This document shows, piece by piece, positions 30,205 to 39,918 of a stretch of DNA of 64,000 nucleotides (within the stretch, counting starts at the first letter, position 1; each line of letters begins with the position of its first letter). A model generated the notes under the pieces. It did no database searches. It saw nothing but the letters and a program-made list of their open reading frames with translations, and was not told the origin of the DNA. Source of the stretch: Nitrososphaeria archaeon (GTDB lineage: Archaea; Thermoproteota; Nitrososphaeria; JACIWG01); contig CAVVXT010000012.1 of the NCBI GenBank assembly GCA_963752255.1, positions 32,001 to 96,000 on the forward strand, in the 5' to 3' direction. A program made the position numbers and the translations under genes.

Positions 30205-31117
30205 TTACATCTTGTTGACGAATATTCCCGAAAGTACCACGTTGTTATTTGAAGGAGCTACAGTATTATGTCCAAGGTCATTGTAGACCTGCAGTATGAT
30301 CGAACCACTATAACCTGAGACAGTAACCTTGAATGTTTCGTAGACACCGTTAGCAAATGTGTTAGAACCTGTTACTGGTAGGTTGTTACTTATCTGCTGG
30401 CTTGCAAGAAGATGTGTTCCAGTCACATCGTATATGTTGAATGTTTCTGAAGTCCTGGATGCTTCTAAATCGTAGGCGTATATGGTAAGCGAGTATGTTC
30501 CCTTGGGGAAGGTCAGTGTGAAGTCAATGTAGCCGTGTATAGGCTGACCGCGTTCGCCGCCATCATCCCAGCACGCTAACCTCCATTCGTTTTGGGTTGG
30601 ATAGTACACCTCTCTATGATCTGTTTGAGTGGACGTAAAACCTGCCCAAGCCCAATCAAAAACCGGGTACTGGATGGTTGGACCAGAAGGAGGAACTTTC
30701 ATCAATGTTCCTTGCATGGAATAGGTCACAGCTGGAGATTTCGAATAATATTCGTTCCCAAAGTTTGAATAAGTTTTCCAATAAGCCAGACCAGCTATCT
30801 GAGTTGGCGTCCAGTCGTACGGTGGGTTAGCAAGAGCTGATGAGCCTCCGGAGCCGCAGGGTTTAGAGAAGCAGCTTACTGGTATTTCCAGTAGGGTCGG
30901 GCAGGGATCAGGCAATAAGTACGCGTATTTACCGTATCCAACACTCTGCCAGTTACCTCCCGTAGTAGTGTCTTCGCTGATCCAACTGACAGTTGGTTTA
31001 CTAGGGCAGAGTATAAGCGTTCGCCAATATCGCTGGAGATACCATGCTTAAAATGAATATCGCTGATAGTAGTGCAACTACTATTCTTGTCTTTTGGGCA
31101 CCGTTGATATTTTTCAT
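30205..31117 (-). CDS. Secreted paralog of 29001..30047 without membrane anchor; +1 frameshift at ~31003
   Basis: ATG at 31117 gives a signal peptide (MKNINGAQKTRIVVALLSAIFILSMVSPAILANA). After the shift it reads VSWISEDTTTGGNW...YAYLLPDP into ORF 30205..30915, and it ends at VLSGIFVNKM. Confidence 0.8.
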
Positions 31118-31694
31118 TTCCTTTAAAGAATTCACATGTATCGACTATGCTTGAAGTAGTACCAAATTTAACGGTTTCCTTGAATTCTAACGGTAACGGA
31201 TGATAGAAGCTGCGTGAATATAACAATTTATTTTTCATACAGACTCTATGTGAAGTTTCCACTTCAAGTGAAAAATCTGCCTGTCAAAAGGTGGCGTAAA
31301 CATTCCTTCTGTCGCGGATGCGTCAAAAAGACCCAAAATGGTTTAATTAGACAGGTAGCCTGAAACCAAAAAAGATTGAAGAATATTTATTATGTGCTCA
31401 TATTTAATGTAAAAATCCTGTTCAGTTCGTTTGATGGGATATCATCCTGCATGAGAGCGTAGGTGAAGTGAAAGAATACTGGGCATCGGCTCGAGCCGTT
31501 CAGTACGGGATCAATTGTTCTTGCTCACATATATTAATCGCAACTCTTTATCCCAAGCATTCTTTATGAATGTTTTCAATCTTTCCACTTGATAGCTGTT
31601 CAAGGAGTCCTTAAAGAGCACTGCGACAACTGGTTTTCTTTTTGGCGAAAGTTTCTTTGTTATAACATTCAGTTTGATGGCATCGCCAAACCAA

Positions 31695-32544
31695 CTAGGT
31701 TTGCGACGCCAATCTCTTGTCGGATGTTTTTGGTTTGTTTACAATCTGGGAAATATATATGCCTATGAACATTATTGCAATGCCAATTATGGACAGTGCA
31801 GATGGTGATCGTCAGTGTCTCCAAGAATTGCACAATTACAGTGAGAGCTGGAACTGCGAAAACCGAAGTCGTCACTATGTTTATTTTTTCTTCTCTTATC
31901 ATCAGGTTCCATAGGAGGAACTGTAAAGCTCCTCCTAGGATTGAAAGGTAAAGTAGGTCGATGACGAATTCGTTTGTAAAACTGAGCTTGAAATTAATTG
32001 GAGAAAGGACAAGCATGAAGAGCGAACCCAGCATGAACTGGGAGCCTACGACTGAGATTGGGTCGTCTTCCTTCATTTTTTTGAAATACACTGAAAATAG
32101 TGACCATAAGACTGCGTTGACGAGGGTTAGTATAGAACCTAATAGAAGGAAACCTGTCAGTAGAGGTATTGAGAAGATTACGACACCTGAAAAACCTATC
32201 ACGGCACCTATTACTTCTGTGAGTGTCCCCTTTTCCTTTAACAGTGCCCATGAGGTGAAGATCGTTATTAGGGGCATTGTGTAACTTAGTACGGCTGAAT
32301 CTGAAGGAGATAAATATTCGAGTCCGTACGCCCACAGGACAGTACTTGATGTCGTAAGCAACGACAGAATTATTAAATCCCTATTAAACAGAAAACGTCT
32401 CGAAATTAATAGCAACAATGAGCCCGCTATCAAGTATCTCAATCCCATCACGAAAAATGGCGATGAGTAGTTGAGCGAATCCTTAGTGAATTGATACAGG
32501 AATACGGCAACTACGATGTAAGGAACCAAATACTTAAACTTCAT
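31695..32544 (-). CDS. EamA/DMT family transporter (frameshift near 31810 alters the C-terminus)
   Basis: LRYLIAG, LSYTMP, LKEK and about 10 TMs. The last TM (SIIGIAIMFIGIYIS) is in the adjacent frame. Confidence 0.88.
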
Positions 32545-32776
32545 AAGGTTAAGTGCGTAGTTATCAAGTTCTTAATTAATTTTTTTATACATAACTATTG
32601 TAACGCCATCTTTTTCCGACCTTGTTTATAAGATCTAAAGTGGAGCCGATCTGGCGTCTATCTTACCTTTTTCTTAAATTATTCATTAAAATGGAAAAGC
32701 TTTGCAGATGTTTGAGGAGTGGTCACTTAAATGGTTATAAAGAAGTGTTCTTGTCGAATGTGACAATGGAAGTAAA

Positions 32777-33982
32777 ATGGCTGCGCCAGTTAAATCGGAT
32801 AATGGGATGTTTGTAAGTCCTTATAATTTTGAGGATGATGTGGTAAAGCAGTTTAGGTTTAAGGGTGTAAAGATTAATGATACAACTTTGAGGGATGGTG
32901 AGCAGACGCCAGGTGTTGTCTTCACCATCGAGGAAAAGCTGGAGATTGCCAAGCTTCTTGACGACATCGGCGTGATCAGATAGAGGCCGGTACACCCGCT
33001 ATGTCCCCGCATGAAACCAAAGCGGTCAATTTGATCGCCAAACAGGGACTTAAGGCAAGCGTGATGGGCTGGGCTAGGGCTGTCAAGGAGGATATAGAAT
33101 CGGTGATCAAGACCGACGCCGATGCGGTAGCCATATCCATCGCCACATCGGATATTCACTTAAAACACAAGTTGAAGATGGATCGGGAACAGGTGGTCAG
33201 CGTGCTGTCAGCATGGTGGAGTATGCCAAAGCCCACGGCCTCTATGTCTCCCTCAACGCAGAGGATGCGACTCTAACAGATTTCAACTTTCTAAAAGAGT
33301 TCGCCCTAAAGGGAAAGGAGGCAGGGGCAGACAGGTTGAGGATCTGTGACACAGTAGGTGTGCTCATACCAGCCGCATCATTCTATCTGACAGCGAGGTT
33401 ACTGAAGAAGTGAATATGCCTTTGGAGATTCATGCTCATGACGACTATGGGCTGGCTGTAGCCAACGCGCTGGCTTCCTGTGAAGCTGGATCAGAGTATG
33501 TCTCAACAACCGTCAACGGCCTAGGTGAGAGGGGTGGGAACTCATCCCTGGAATCGGTCATCATGAACCTAATCAAGCTATACCGTCGACCCAACACATT
33601 CAAGACCAGCAGGATCATTGAAATTTCACAATTCGTGGAGAAGGCGTCAGGGATAGCTGTGCCCGTGAACAGGAGCATCGTGGGAGGCCACATGTTCACC
33701 CATGAATCCGGAATCCACGTTGACGGCGTCCTAAAGTTCTCCTACACCTATGAATCCTTTCCCCCAGATGAGATTGGGGCAAGCAGGAGAATTGTTGTCG
33801 GGAAACATTCTGGGAAACATGCCATATGGGATAAGCTAAGGGAGATGAAGATAGAAGTGGATAAGACACAGTTGATGCAGATACTTGACATCGTCAAGGC
33901 AACGGGAGAGGAGAAGAAAAGGTCCCTCACCGATGAAGAATTAAAAACAATAGCCCTTGAGATACTTAATATCAGAGAATAA
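32777..33982 (+). CDS. Homocitrate synthase / 2-isopropylmalate synthase family (AksA/NifV-like), three -1 frameshifts
   Basis: [51 protein letters not shown] across four ORFs. No LeuA regulatory domain. Confidence 0.9.
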
Positions 33983-34167
33983 TACGGTAAAAATAAGGAA
34001 GTAAAATTAAGAAAGCGTTTAAATAAAAAAACAGCAACTTTCGATTAAGTTAAACAATCGTTGGAGTTTATTCGAAAATCAGCTGATGTTATAGGAGCTA
34101 AAGTATCAGCAAGATAGCAAATTTTCTTAAATAACAAAGGTTGGCTTTCGATAGCTATTTTTCATCT

Positions 34168-34930
34168 CTATTCGAGCCATCGCCAGACAAGTGCGGCTAG
34201 GATCCCTCCGATGATGGGAGCAGCCAAAAATAGCCATAGCTGGGTCAAAGCAGTTCCTCTAACGATGACAGCTGGGCCAAGGCTTCGTGCAGGATTGACT
34301 GAGGTACCTGTGATAGGTATTCCTACAAGATTGATTACTACTAGACTTAATCCGATTGATAGCCCAGCGAAACCCTTAGGAGCCTTCTCACCAGTTGATC
34401 CGAAGAAAACCAGCAGTCAAGATAAAGGTCAGGACCATTTCAGCGATAAAACAGGATACCATAGAAATCCCCGCAATTGAAGCTTCGGCGTACCCGTTCT
34501 GCCCTAAGCCTACAGTTGCAAGGTCATATTGCGGACTTCCTGAAGCTATGTCATAGAGCATTGCGGATGCGAATATCGCTCCAATACACTGCACTGCCAC
34601 ATAGGATACCGTACGTCTAACCTTCATCTTCCCAGCAACCAACATCGATATCGAAACTGCTGGGTTTAAGTGGCATCCGGAGATACTTCCTATGGTGTAT
34701 GCCATAGCAAGGTAGGAGAGGCCGAAGGCAAAGGCTACTCCGATATAGTTTCCTGCCAGCACAGAGACACTGCACCCTATGAAGACATACACGAAAGTGC
34801 CCAAGAACTCAGCCAAATACATCTTTGCATGACTTGGTTCGCTCGTAACAGGACTTGGTTCGCTCGTAACAGGACTTGGTTCGCTCGTAACAGGACTTGG
34901 TTCGCTCATTGCATGATCTGTCTCGCTCAT
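34168..34930 (-). CDS. aqpZ: Aquaporin (MIP family, AqpZ-like), frameshift near 34415
   Basis: AEFLGTF, ISGCHLNPAVS, LGQNGY. The second NPA (TSVNPARSLGPA) and QLWLFLAAPIIGG are in the shifted frame. Confidence 0.9.
34831..34907. repeat. 21-bp tandem repeat (about 3.7 perfect copies) encoding SEPSPVT
   Basis: Unit GACTTGGTTCGCTCGTAACAG x3 plus 14 bp. Confidence 0.97.
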
Positions 34931-35030
34931 AACAAAACCTTCAAGAAAACATCACAAGACATAATTGCTCCCTATTCGGCTAAAGTTCTCCTCCTATATA
35001 TGAATATAGAATGGAGCGAATGCAAGTTCC

Positions 35031-35070
35031 TAAAAAATGGTAAAAAATGGTAAAAAATGGTAAAAAATGG
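35031..35070. repeat. 10-bp tandem repeat TAAAAAATGG x4
   Basis: Four perfect copies, directly visible. Confidence 0.97.
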
Positions 35071-35071
35071 A

Positions 35072-35487
35072 TATCCATATTATATTGTTAGACAATAAGG
35101 TTTAGAATTCTAAATAAGACCATAAAAGTAGCTTTTGCCAGATATTACCTAGAGGATGTTCCTACTTGCTCTCTGGTGTAGCGGATCCTGCTTCATCCTT
35201 TACGGCTGGCATCTCTTTTTCTATTTCTTCGATCGGCTTAGGTGGAGGTGTTGTCATAAGCGTGTACCCTATCCAGCAGACTACGGCTAGAGCCCCCGCA
35301 ATGATTACAAAGCCTGTAATCTGGAGCACTATTATAGGAAATGAATACAAAAGGAAGCCGTAAACAATTATCCCAACAATGCTTACTAAAAGGAGCAGCG
35401 CCCCAATCAACTGATCTCTATGCATATCCTATCACCTATTTCGTATACATGTAAGGGTTTATAACAATACCTCAATATATAGCAAAA
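35072..35487. repeat. Degenerate direct repeat, copy B (homologous to 5896..6722 with a ~400 bp internal deletion)
   Basis: Contains the 3' end of the 5912 gene, the full small TM gene and the 3' end of the 6671 gene. Confidence 0.85.
35162..35425 (-). CDS. Conserved small 2-TM archaeal protein, copy B
   Basis: Paralog of 6391..6660. Confidence 0.85.
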   Translation of the reverse strand: MHRDQLIGALLLLVSIVGIIVYGFLLYSFPIIVLQITGFVIIAGALAVVCWIGYTLMTTPPPKPIEEIEKEMPAVKDEAGSATPESK

Positions 35488-35549
35488 ACTTTATTTGGAA
35501 GACTTAAACCACTATTAATTAGTATCGTTATAGTTAAAGGGTTTCAGAT

Positions 35550-36528
35550 TTGATGAAAAAAGCTCTCGTCACAGGTGGAGCAGGCTTCATAGGTAGCCAT
35601 ATTGTTGATGCCTTAATGTCTGATGGTCTCCGTGTTACTGTATATGATAATCTCAGTAGTGGTAAGCTTGATAATATCCAAAGAAACTTAGGGAAAGATT
35701 CTTGCACGTTCTTCAAAGGGGATATGTTAGAAGGGAGCGCAGTCTCATATGTTCTAAAAGGCTGTGATGTAGTATGGCATCTGGCAGCTAATCCTGAAGT
35801 TAAGCTTAGCTCCACAAATCCTGACATTCATTATAAGCAGAACATTCTGGCTACATACAACCTACTCGAAGCCATAAGGAAGGGTGGGAACGTCAAGATT
35901 CTTTGCTTTGCTTCTACCTCTACTGTTTATGGGGACGCACTTCAGATTCCTACTATTGAAGATTATTCACCCTTGGAGCCTATTTCAGTTTATGGCGCCA
36001 GCAAGCTTGCCTGTGAAGCCCTAATATCTGCTTATGCCCACACTTACGGGTTTAAGGCCGTCATCTACCGTTTAGCTAACGTTGTCGGCCCGAGGAGTGG
36101 GCATGGAGTTCTCTACGACTTCGTCAGGAAGCTTCAGGAGAACCCTAAGGAATTGGAGATCTTGGGTGATGGCGCTCAGACAAAATCATATCTTCATGTT
36201 AGAGATTGTGTCGAAGCAATGCAATATGGTCTAGATAATTCGAAAAAGCAGGTTGAAGTCTTCAACATTGGTTCAGAGGACCAGATCAACGTTATGGTCT
36301 ATAGCTGAGATAGTTATAGAAGAAATGGGCCTAAAAGACGTCGAACTCAAGTTCACCGGCGGCGTTGACGGAGGCAGAGGCTGGATAGGTGATGTCAAGA
36401 ATATGCTCCTAGATGTCGGTAAACTTAAAGCTTTAGGCTGGAAACCTGAACTCAATAGTGAAAACGCTGTAAGATCCGCTGCGAAAGACCTAATCAAGAA
36501 AATGGTGGCGAAGAAGAAGTCTTCTTAG
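35550..36528 (+). CDS. NAD-dependent epimerase (UDP-glucose 4-epimerase-like), frameshift near 36297
   Basis: TGGAGFIGSH, YGASK, ANVVGP. The C-terminal GGRGWIGDV is in ORF 36253..36528. Confidence 0.9.
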
Positions 36529-36591
36529 TACTCTAATTTCATTACCTTATTTTTTACCACATTTATTATAATATCAGTAAAAAATAATTAT

Positions 36592-37057
36592 TTAACCCAT
36601 AAAATCTGCAAGCAAGTTATAGGGGTCCTTGATCGTCTGGAAGGAAACGCATGTCTGCGTCTTCTGTATACCCCTCATCATTCTAAGCTTATCTATGACA
36701 AGTGTCCCTATTTCGCTCACTGATCCTGCACGCACCTTAATTATTATATCCCATTCTCCTGAAATCAGGGAGACCTCGTAGACTTCAGGTATCTTCGCGA
36801 TTTCTTCTGCGACATTCCTCTGTGAAACGTTACTATCTCCGCTGAAGCCGACTAGAATGAAAGCCGTCACTTCCTTTCCGATCTTATCGTAATCTCGTAG
36901 GGCTGTAAACTTTTTTATTACACCAACCCACAAGCCTCCTCATCCTCTCCTGAACCGTCGCGCGAGGCATTCCCAGCTCGTTCGCTATTTCCACGACAGG
37001 TTTCCTACCATCATCAAGCAACTGAAGTAATATTTTTCTGTCCTTATCGTCCATCAT
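36592..37057 (-). CDS. Lrp/AsnC family transcriptional regulator, frameshift near 36932
   Basis: The upstream frame gives the HTH MDDKDRKILLQLLDDGRKPVVEIANELGMPRATVQERMRRL. The ORF track gives the effector domain with ISGEWD. Confidence 0.9.
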
Positions 37058-37058
37058 A

Positions 37059-37073
37059 TTAGCATAATGCTAA
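37059..37073. promoter_or_regulatory. 15-bp palindrome, candidate Lrp operator
   Basis: TTAGCAT-A-ATGCTAA between the divergent lrp and asnA genes. Confidence 0.5.
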
Positions 37074-37161
37074 AAAAAAGAGATATATATATTTTTTATC
37101 CGTTATATTGCTAAAGAATATGGTATAATGTTTTTAAGGGATGTAAAGTGTCGCTCTGTTC

Positions 37162-38148
37162 GTGCAGACTCAAAAAGGCGAAGCAGGAGAAAAAGGTTCA
37201 ATTAAAATACCGAAATCACTTGAGCAGATGACTACTGAAGAGTTGACGGAGAAATTCTTTTTGAGCAAGATATTCACTCAGACCCTGAAATCGCTCACGG
37301 AAGGTTTCACTGAAGAGGGTTTTGAATGGTTTCTACCCGTAATATTCTCGAAGTCAACCGATCCCCTCTGGCCCGACCCAGGGGCGTCGATTGAGAAAAG
37401 AATTGAAACCGAGATATACGGTGTCACCGTCAGGACGACCCTGAGCATGATCATACACAAGCTCGTCGCCTGCTCTCTAGCCTATCCGAAGTTCTTCGCC
37501 CTTTCACCAAACATAAGAATAGAGAAGAGGGAGAGGCGATCAACGGGATGGCACATATACGAATTCACACAGCTCGACTTTGAGACGAGAAACGCTTCCT
37601 CAAATGACATAAGAAGCTTGGTGGAGAGAATATTCTGCAGGGTGATCAGCGACCTGAAAAGCAAACGCAAGGAGGAGCTAATACACCTTGGAAGATATAA
37701 TAGTATAACCATTCCAGAGATTCCGTTCAAAGTTTACGATAGGGAAGAGTTAGAGGGTAAGTGGGGGAATGACTGGGAATCGATGCTACCTAAAGAAATA
37801 CAGGTCCCAACATGGGTTATCAACATTCCAAGGGAGTTCTATGACTTTGAAGACTTCGATAGCGGTAAGTGGGACAACTGCGATCTTATCCTGCCAAAAA
37901 ACGGCGAAGTGCTATCAGGTGCAAGGAGGGAGTGGCAGTACGATAAGATTGTAAAGAAGATCGAAAGGGATAAGGTGAAGAAAGAAAATTATAAAATCCT
38001 TTTGGCGCTCGCAAAAGAAGATAGGCTCAGACCTTCAGCCGGAGCAGGGATAGGCATCGAAAGGCTTGTCAGCTGGATAGTTGGTGCAAAACACGTAGGT
38101 GAAGTGCAGCCGTTTCCCAAGATACCTGGCGTAGTCTATGAACTATAG
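37162..38148 (+). CDS. asnA: Archaeal asparagine synthetase A (AsnRS/AspRS catalytic-core paralog without anticodon domain)
   Basis: STDPLWPDP, SPNIRIE, EFTQLDFE, GEVLSGARRE, SAGAGIGIERL. Confidence 0.9.
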   Translation: MQTQKGEAGEKGSIKIPKSLEQMTTEELTEKFFLSKIFTQTLKSLTEGFTEEGFEWFLPVIFSKSTDPLWPDPGASIEKRIETEIYGVTVRTTLSMIIHKLVACSLAYPKFFALSPNIRIEKRERRSTGWHIYEFTQLDFETRNASSNDIRSLVERIFCRVISDLKSKRKEELIHLGRYNSITIPEIPFKVYDREELEGKWGNDWESMLPKEIQVPTWVINIPREFYDFEDFDSGKWDNCDLILPKNGEVLSGARREWQYDKIVKKIERDKVKKENYKILLALAKEDRLRPSAGAGIGIERLVSWIVGAKHVGEVQPFPKIPGVVYEL

Positions 38149-38345
38149 CTCTTTTATTAGATCATAGCCTAAGGATATTGGACCACAAGTTTACGCCAAC
38201 ATAGGGGCTAACGTGTCATTCGTAACTTTAAGGGATATTAGGATAGATGGAAAATACTCCCTACTCCTTAAAGATGAAATTTCTGCTTTATTATATTAAA
38301 GGCTGAAGGAAAGGCTAAATAACAGTATAGCAAATACTTCATCAC

Positions 38346-39656
38346 ATGCAAAAACCTTCATTGATATTAACATTCTCTCTTATTTTGATGCTGATGACAG
38401 TAGCAGTACCTCAAACACACGCCCAGAGGAATGTGTTCGAGCTCTGGAGCAGCGCCATGCAGACCAGCGACGCGGCCGTTTCAAAGGATGGAAACTACCT
38501 CGTAGCTGTAAACAACACGGGATTATACTACTATTTATCGAGCAACAGTAACCCGATATGGTGGTGCACACCACTGTACTGGTCAGTGCCATCCACGTTC
38601 GCGTCAGTTAAAATATCCGCTGACGGGGTAGACGTGGTAGTTGGAAGCACAAACGGTCACATCTTCTACTTCGGCCAATCTAGGGGCAGAAGCGGCTTAC
38701 AAAGCGCTTTTACATGGGAAAGCGTGAGTCTAGGAGGGGTTATCGAACCGCGGGCGCTCGACATATCAGATAATGGGGTATATGTTGTAGTAGGCGGCAC
38801 AGGCGAAGGCGTATACTACTTTGGAGGGTCAACTCTGAGAACCACAAGCAGCGAAGCTCCGGACTGGAAAGTCTACATGTTGGACCACGTTAGCGCTGTA
38901 GACATATCCTCTGACGGACATTACGTGGTTGTAGGTGGAACTCTAGGCACAGGAGGCGAAGTAGTCTTCTTCAAGGACGCATGGAACGGGCCAACTCCCC
39001 AATGGATTTCCAGCTATCAATATGTTGGCGCAATAGGCGATGTCGCAGTTTCCGACGACGGATACGCAGTATCAGCTGTAGACCAGAATGGTGGTGCCTC
39101 ACTCTACTATTGGGCAAACGCGCTTACACTTATAGGCAATGTTCCCCCGACATGGGACAACCTTAGCCTACCCTTCAGGTCCGTTGACATGAACTCAAAC
39201 GGAGACATGGTCGTAGCTTCATCTGGAACGGTACCCTTTAGTCTCCACTTCTGGAACAATTCGAGAACCAGGACTTCAGGTGAATTCACTTGGACGAGGC
39301 TTAGTGATTATTTTGTGACAGAATCAGCCATAAGCGCCGATGGAAGCATAATAGTAGCGACAATTGAACAAACCCAAAACCCCGAATTTGGCGTATACTT
39401 CTACGATCCTAAGGGTAACCTTCTAGGACAGTTTAACTTGGACCAGATGAGCCCCATAATATCAGTCTCAGGAGACGGCCAAATAGTAGTGGTGGCAGGC
39501 CAAAGTGTTGATAGCTTGCACGTCTACAAGCTGCCTCTACCGTATACTGTAGGAGGAGAGCTCACAGAACCCACGATACCAAATATAGTAGTGGCCATTG
39601 TAGCCATAGCATTAGCGTCGACGATAATATTGGGCTATAAACTTCGGAGAAGTTAG
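38346..39656 (+). CDS. Secreted beta-propeller (WD40-like) surface protein with C-terminal GGEL-TM-basic anchor
   Basis: Signal peptide, repeated (V/I)SxDGxY(V/I)VV blades, tail VGGELTEP + TM + KLRRS. Confidence 0.85.
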   Translation: MQKPSLILTFSLILMLMTVAVPQTHAQRNVFELWSSAMQTSDAAVSKDGNYLVAVNNTGLYYYLSSNSNPIWWCTPLYWSVPSTFASVKISADGVDVVVGSTNGHIFYFGQSRGRSGLQSAFTWESVSLGGVIEPRALDISDNGVYVVVGGTGEGVYYFGGSTLRTTSSEAPDWKVYMLDHVSAVDISSDGHYVVVGGTLGTGGEVVFFKDAWNGPTPQWISSYQYVGAIGDVAVSDDGYAVSAVDQNGGASLYYWANALTLIGNVPPTWDNLSLPFRSVDMNSNGDMVVASSGTVPFSLHFWNNSRTRTSGEFTWTRLSDYFVTESAISADGSIIVATIEQTQNPEFGVYFYDPKGNLLGQFNLDQMSPIISVSGDGQIVVVAGQSVDSLHVYKLPLPYTVGGELTEPTIPNIVVAIVAIALASTIILGYKLRRS

Positions 39657-39918
39657 CCCACCATATATTTTTTTCTTTCAAATTATCCTAGATTAGTTCT
39701 TTCATGGCCCACAGGAATTCTCAGACTAGATGGGTCAAATATGAGCGTAGGTGAGACCAATAAAATGCCTCCAAGGGGCTTTATTACTCTTCCTCCTAAC
39801 AGTCTGTACACGATATAGGTTTCGATCTTAGGATCCCTTATCCTTCCATTTAGAACCAGCAAATCTTAAGAATTCTGTACCATAAAAGCTTATATTAGGA
39901 GAAAAGGACTTAACATAG

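Noticed and set aside
30995-31010. CCC-TAG as a programmed +1 frameshift site
   Set aside because: It resembles a shifty stop, but it is one of about 20 scattered indels in unrelated genes. Sequencing error is more parsimonious.
30876-31262. 128-aa ORF METSHRVC...
   Set aside because: It overlaps, in another frame, the true signal-peptide-encoding 5' end of the 30205..31117 gene.
34831-35070. Short repeats as a CRISPR array
   Set aside because: The units are directly adjacent with no spacers, and no cas genes are present.
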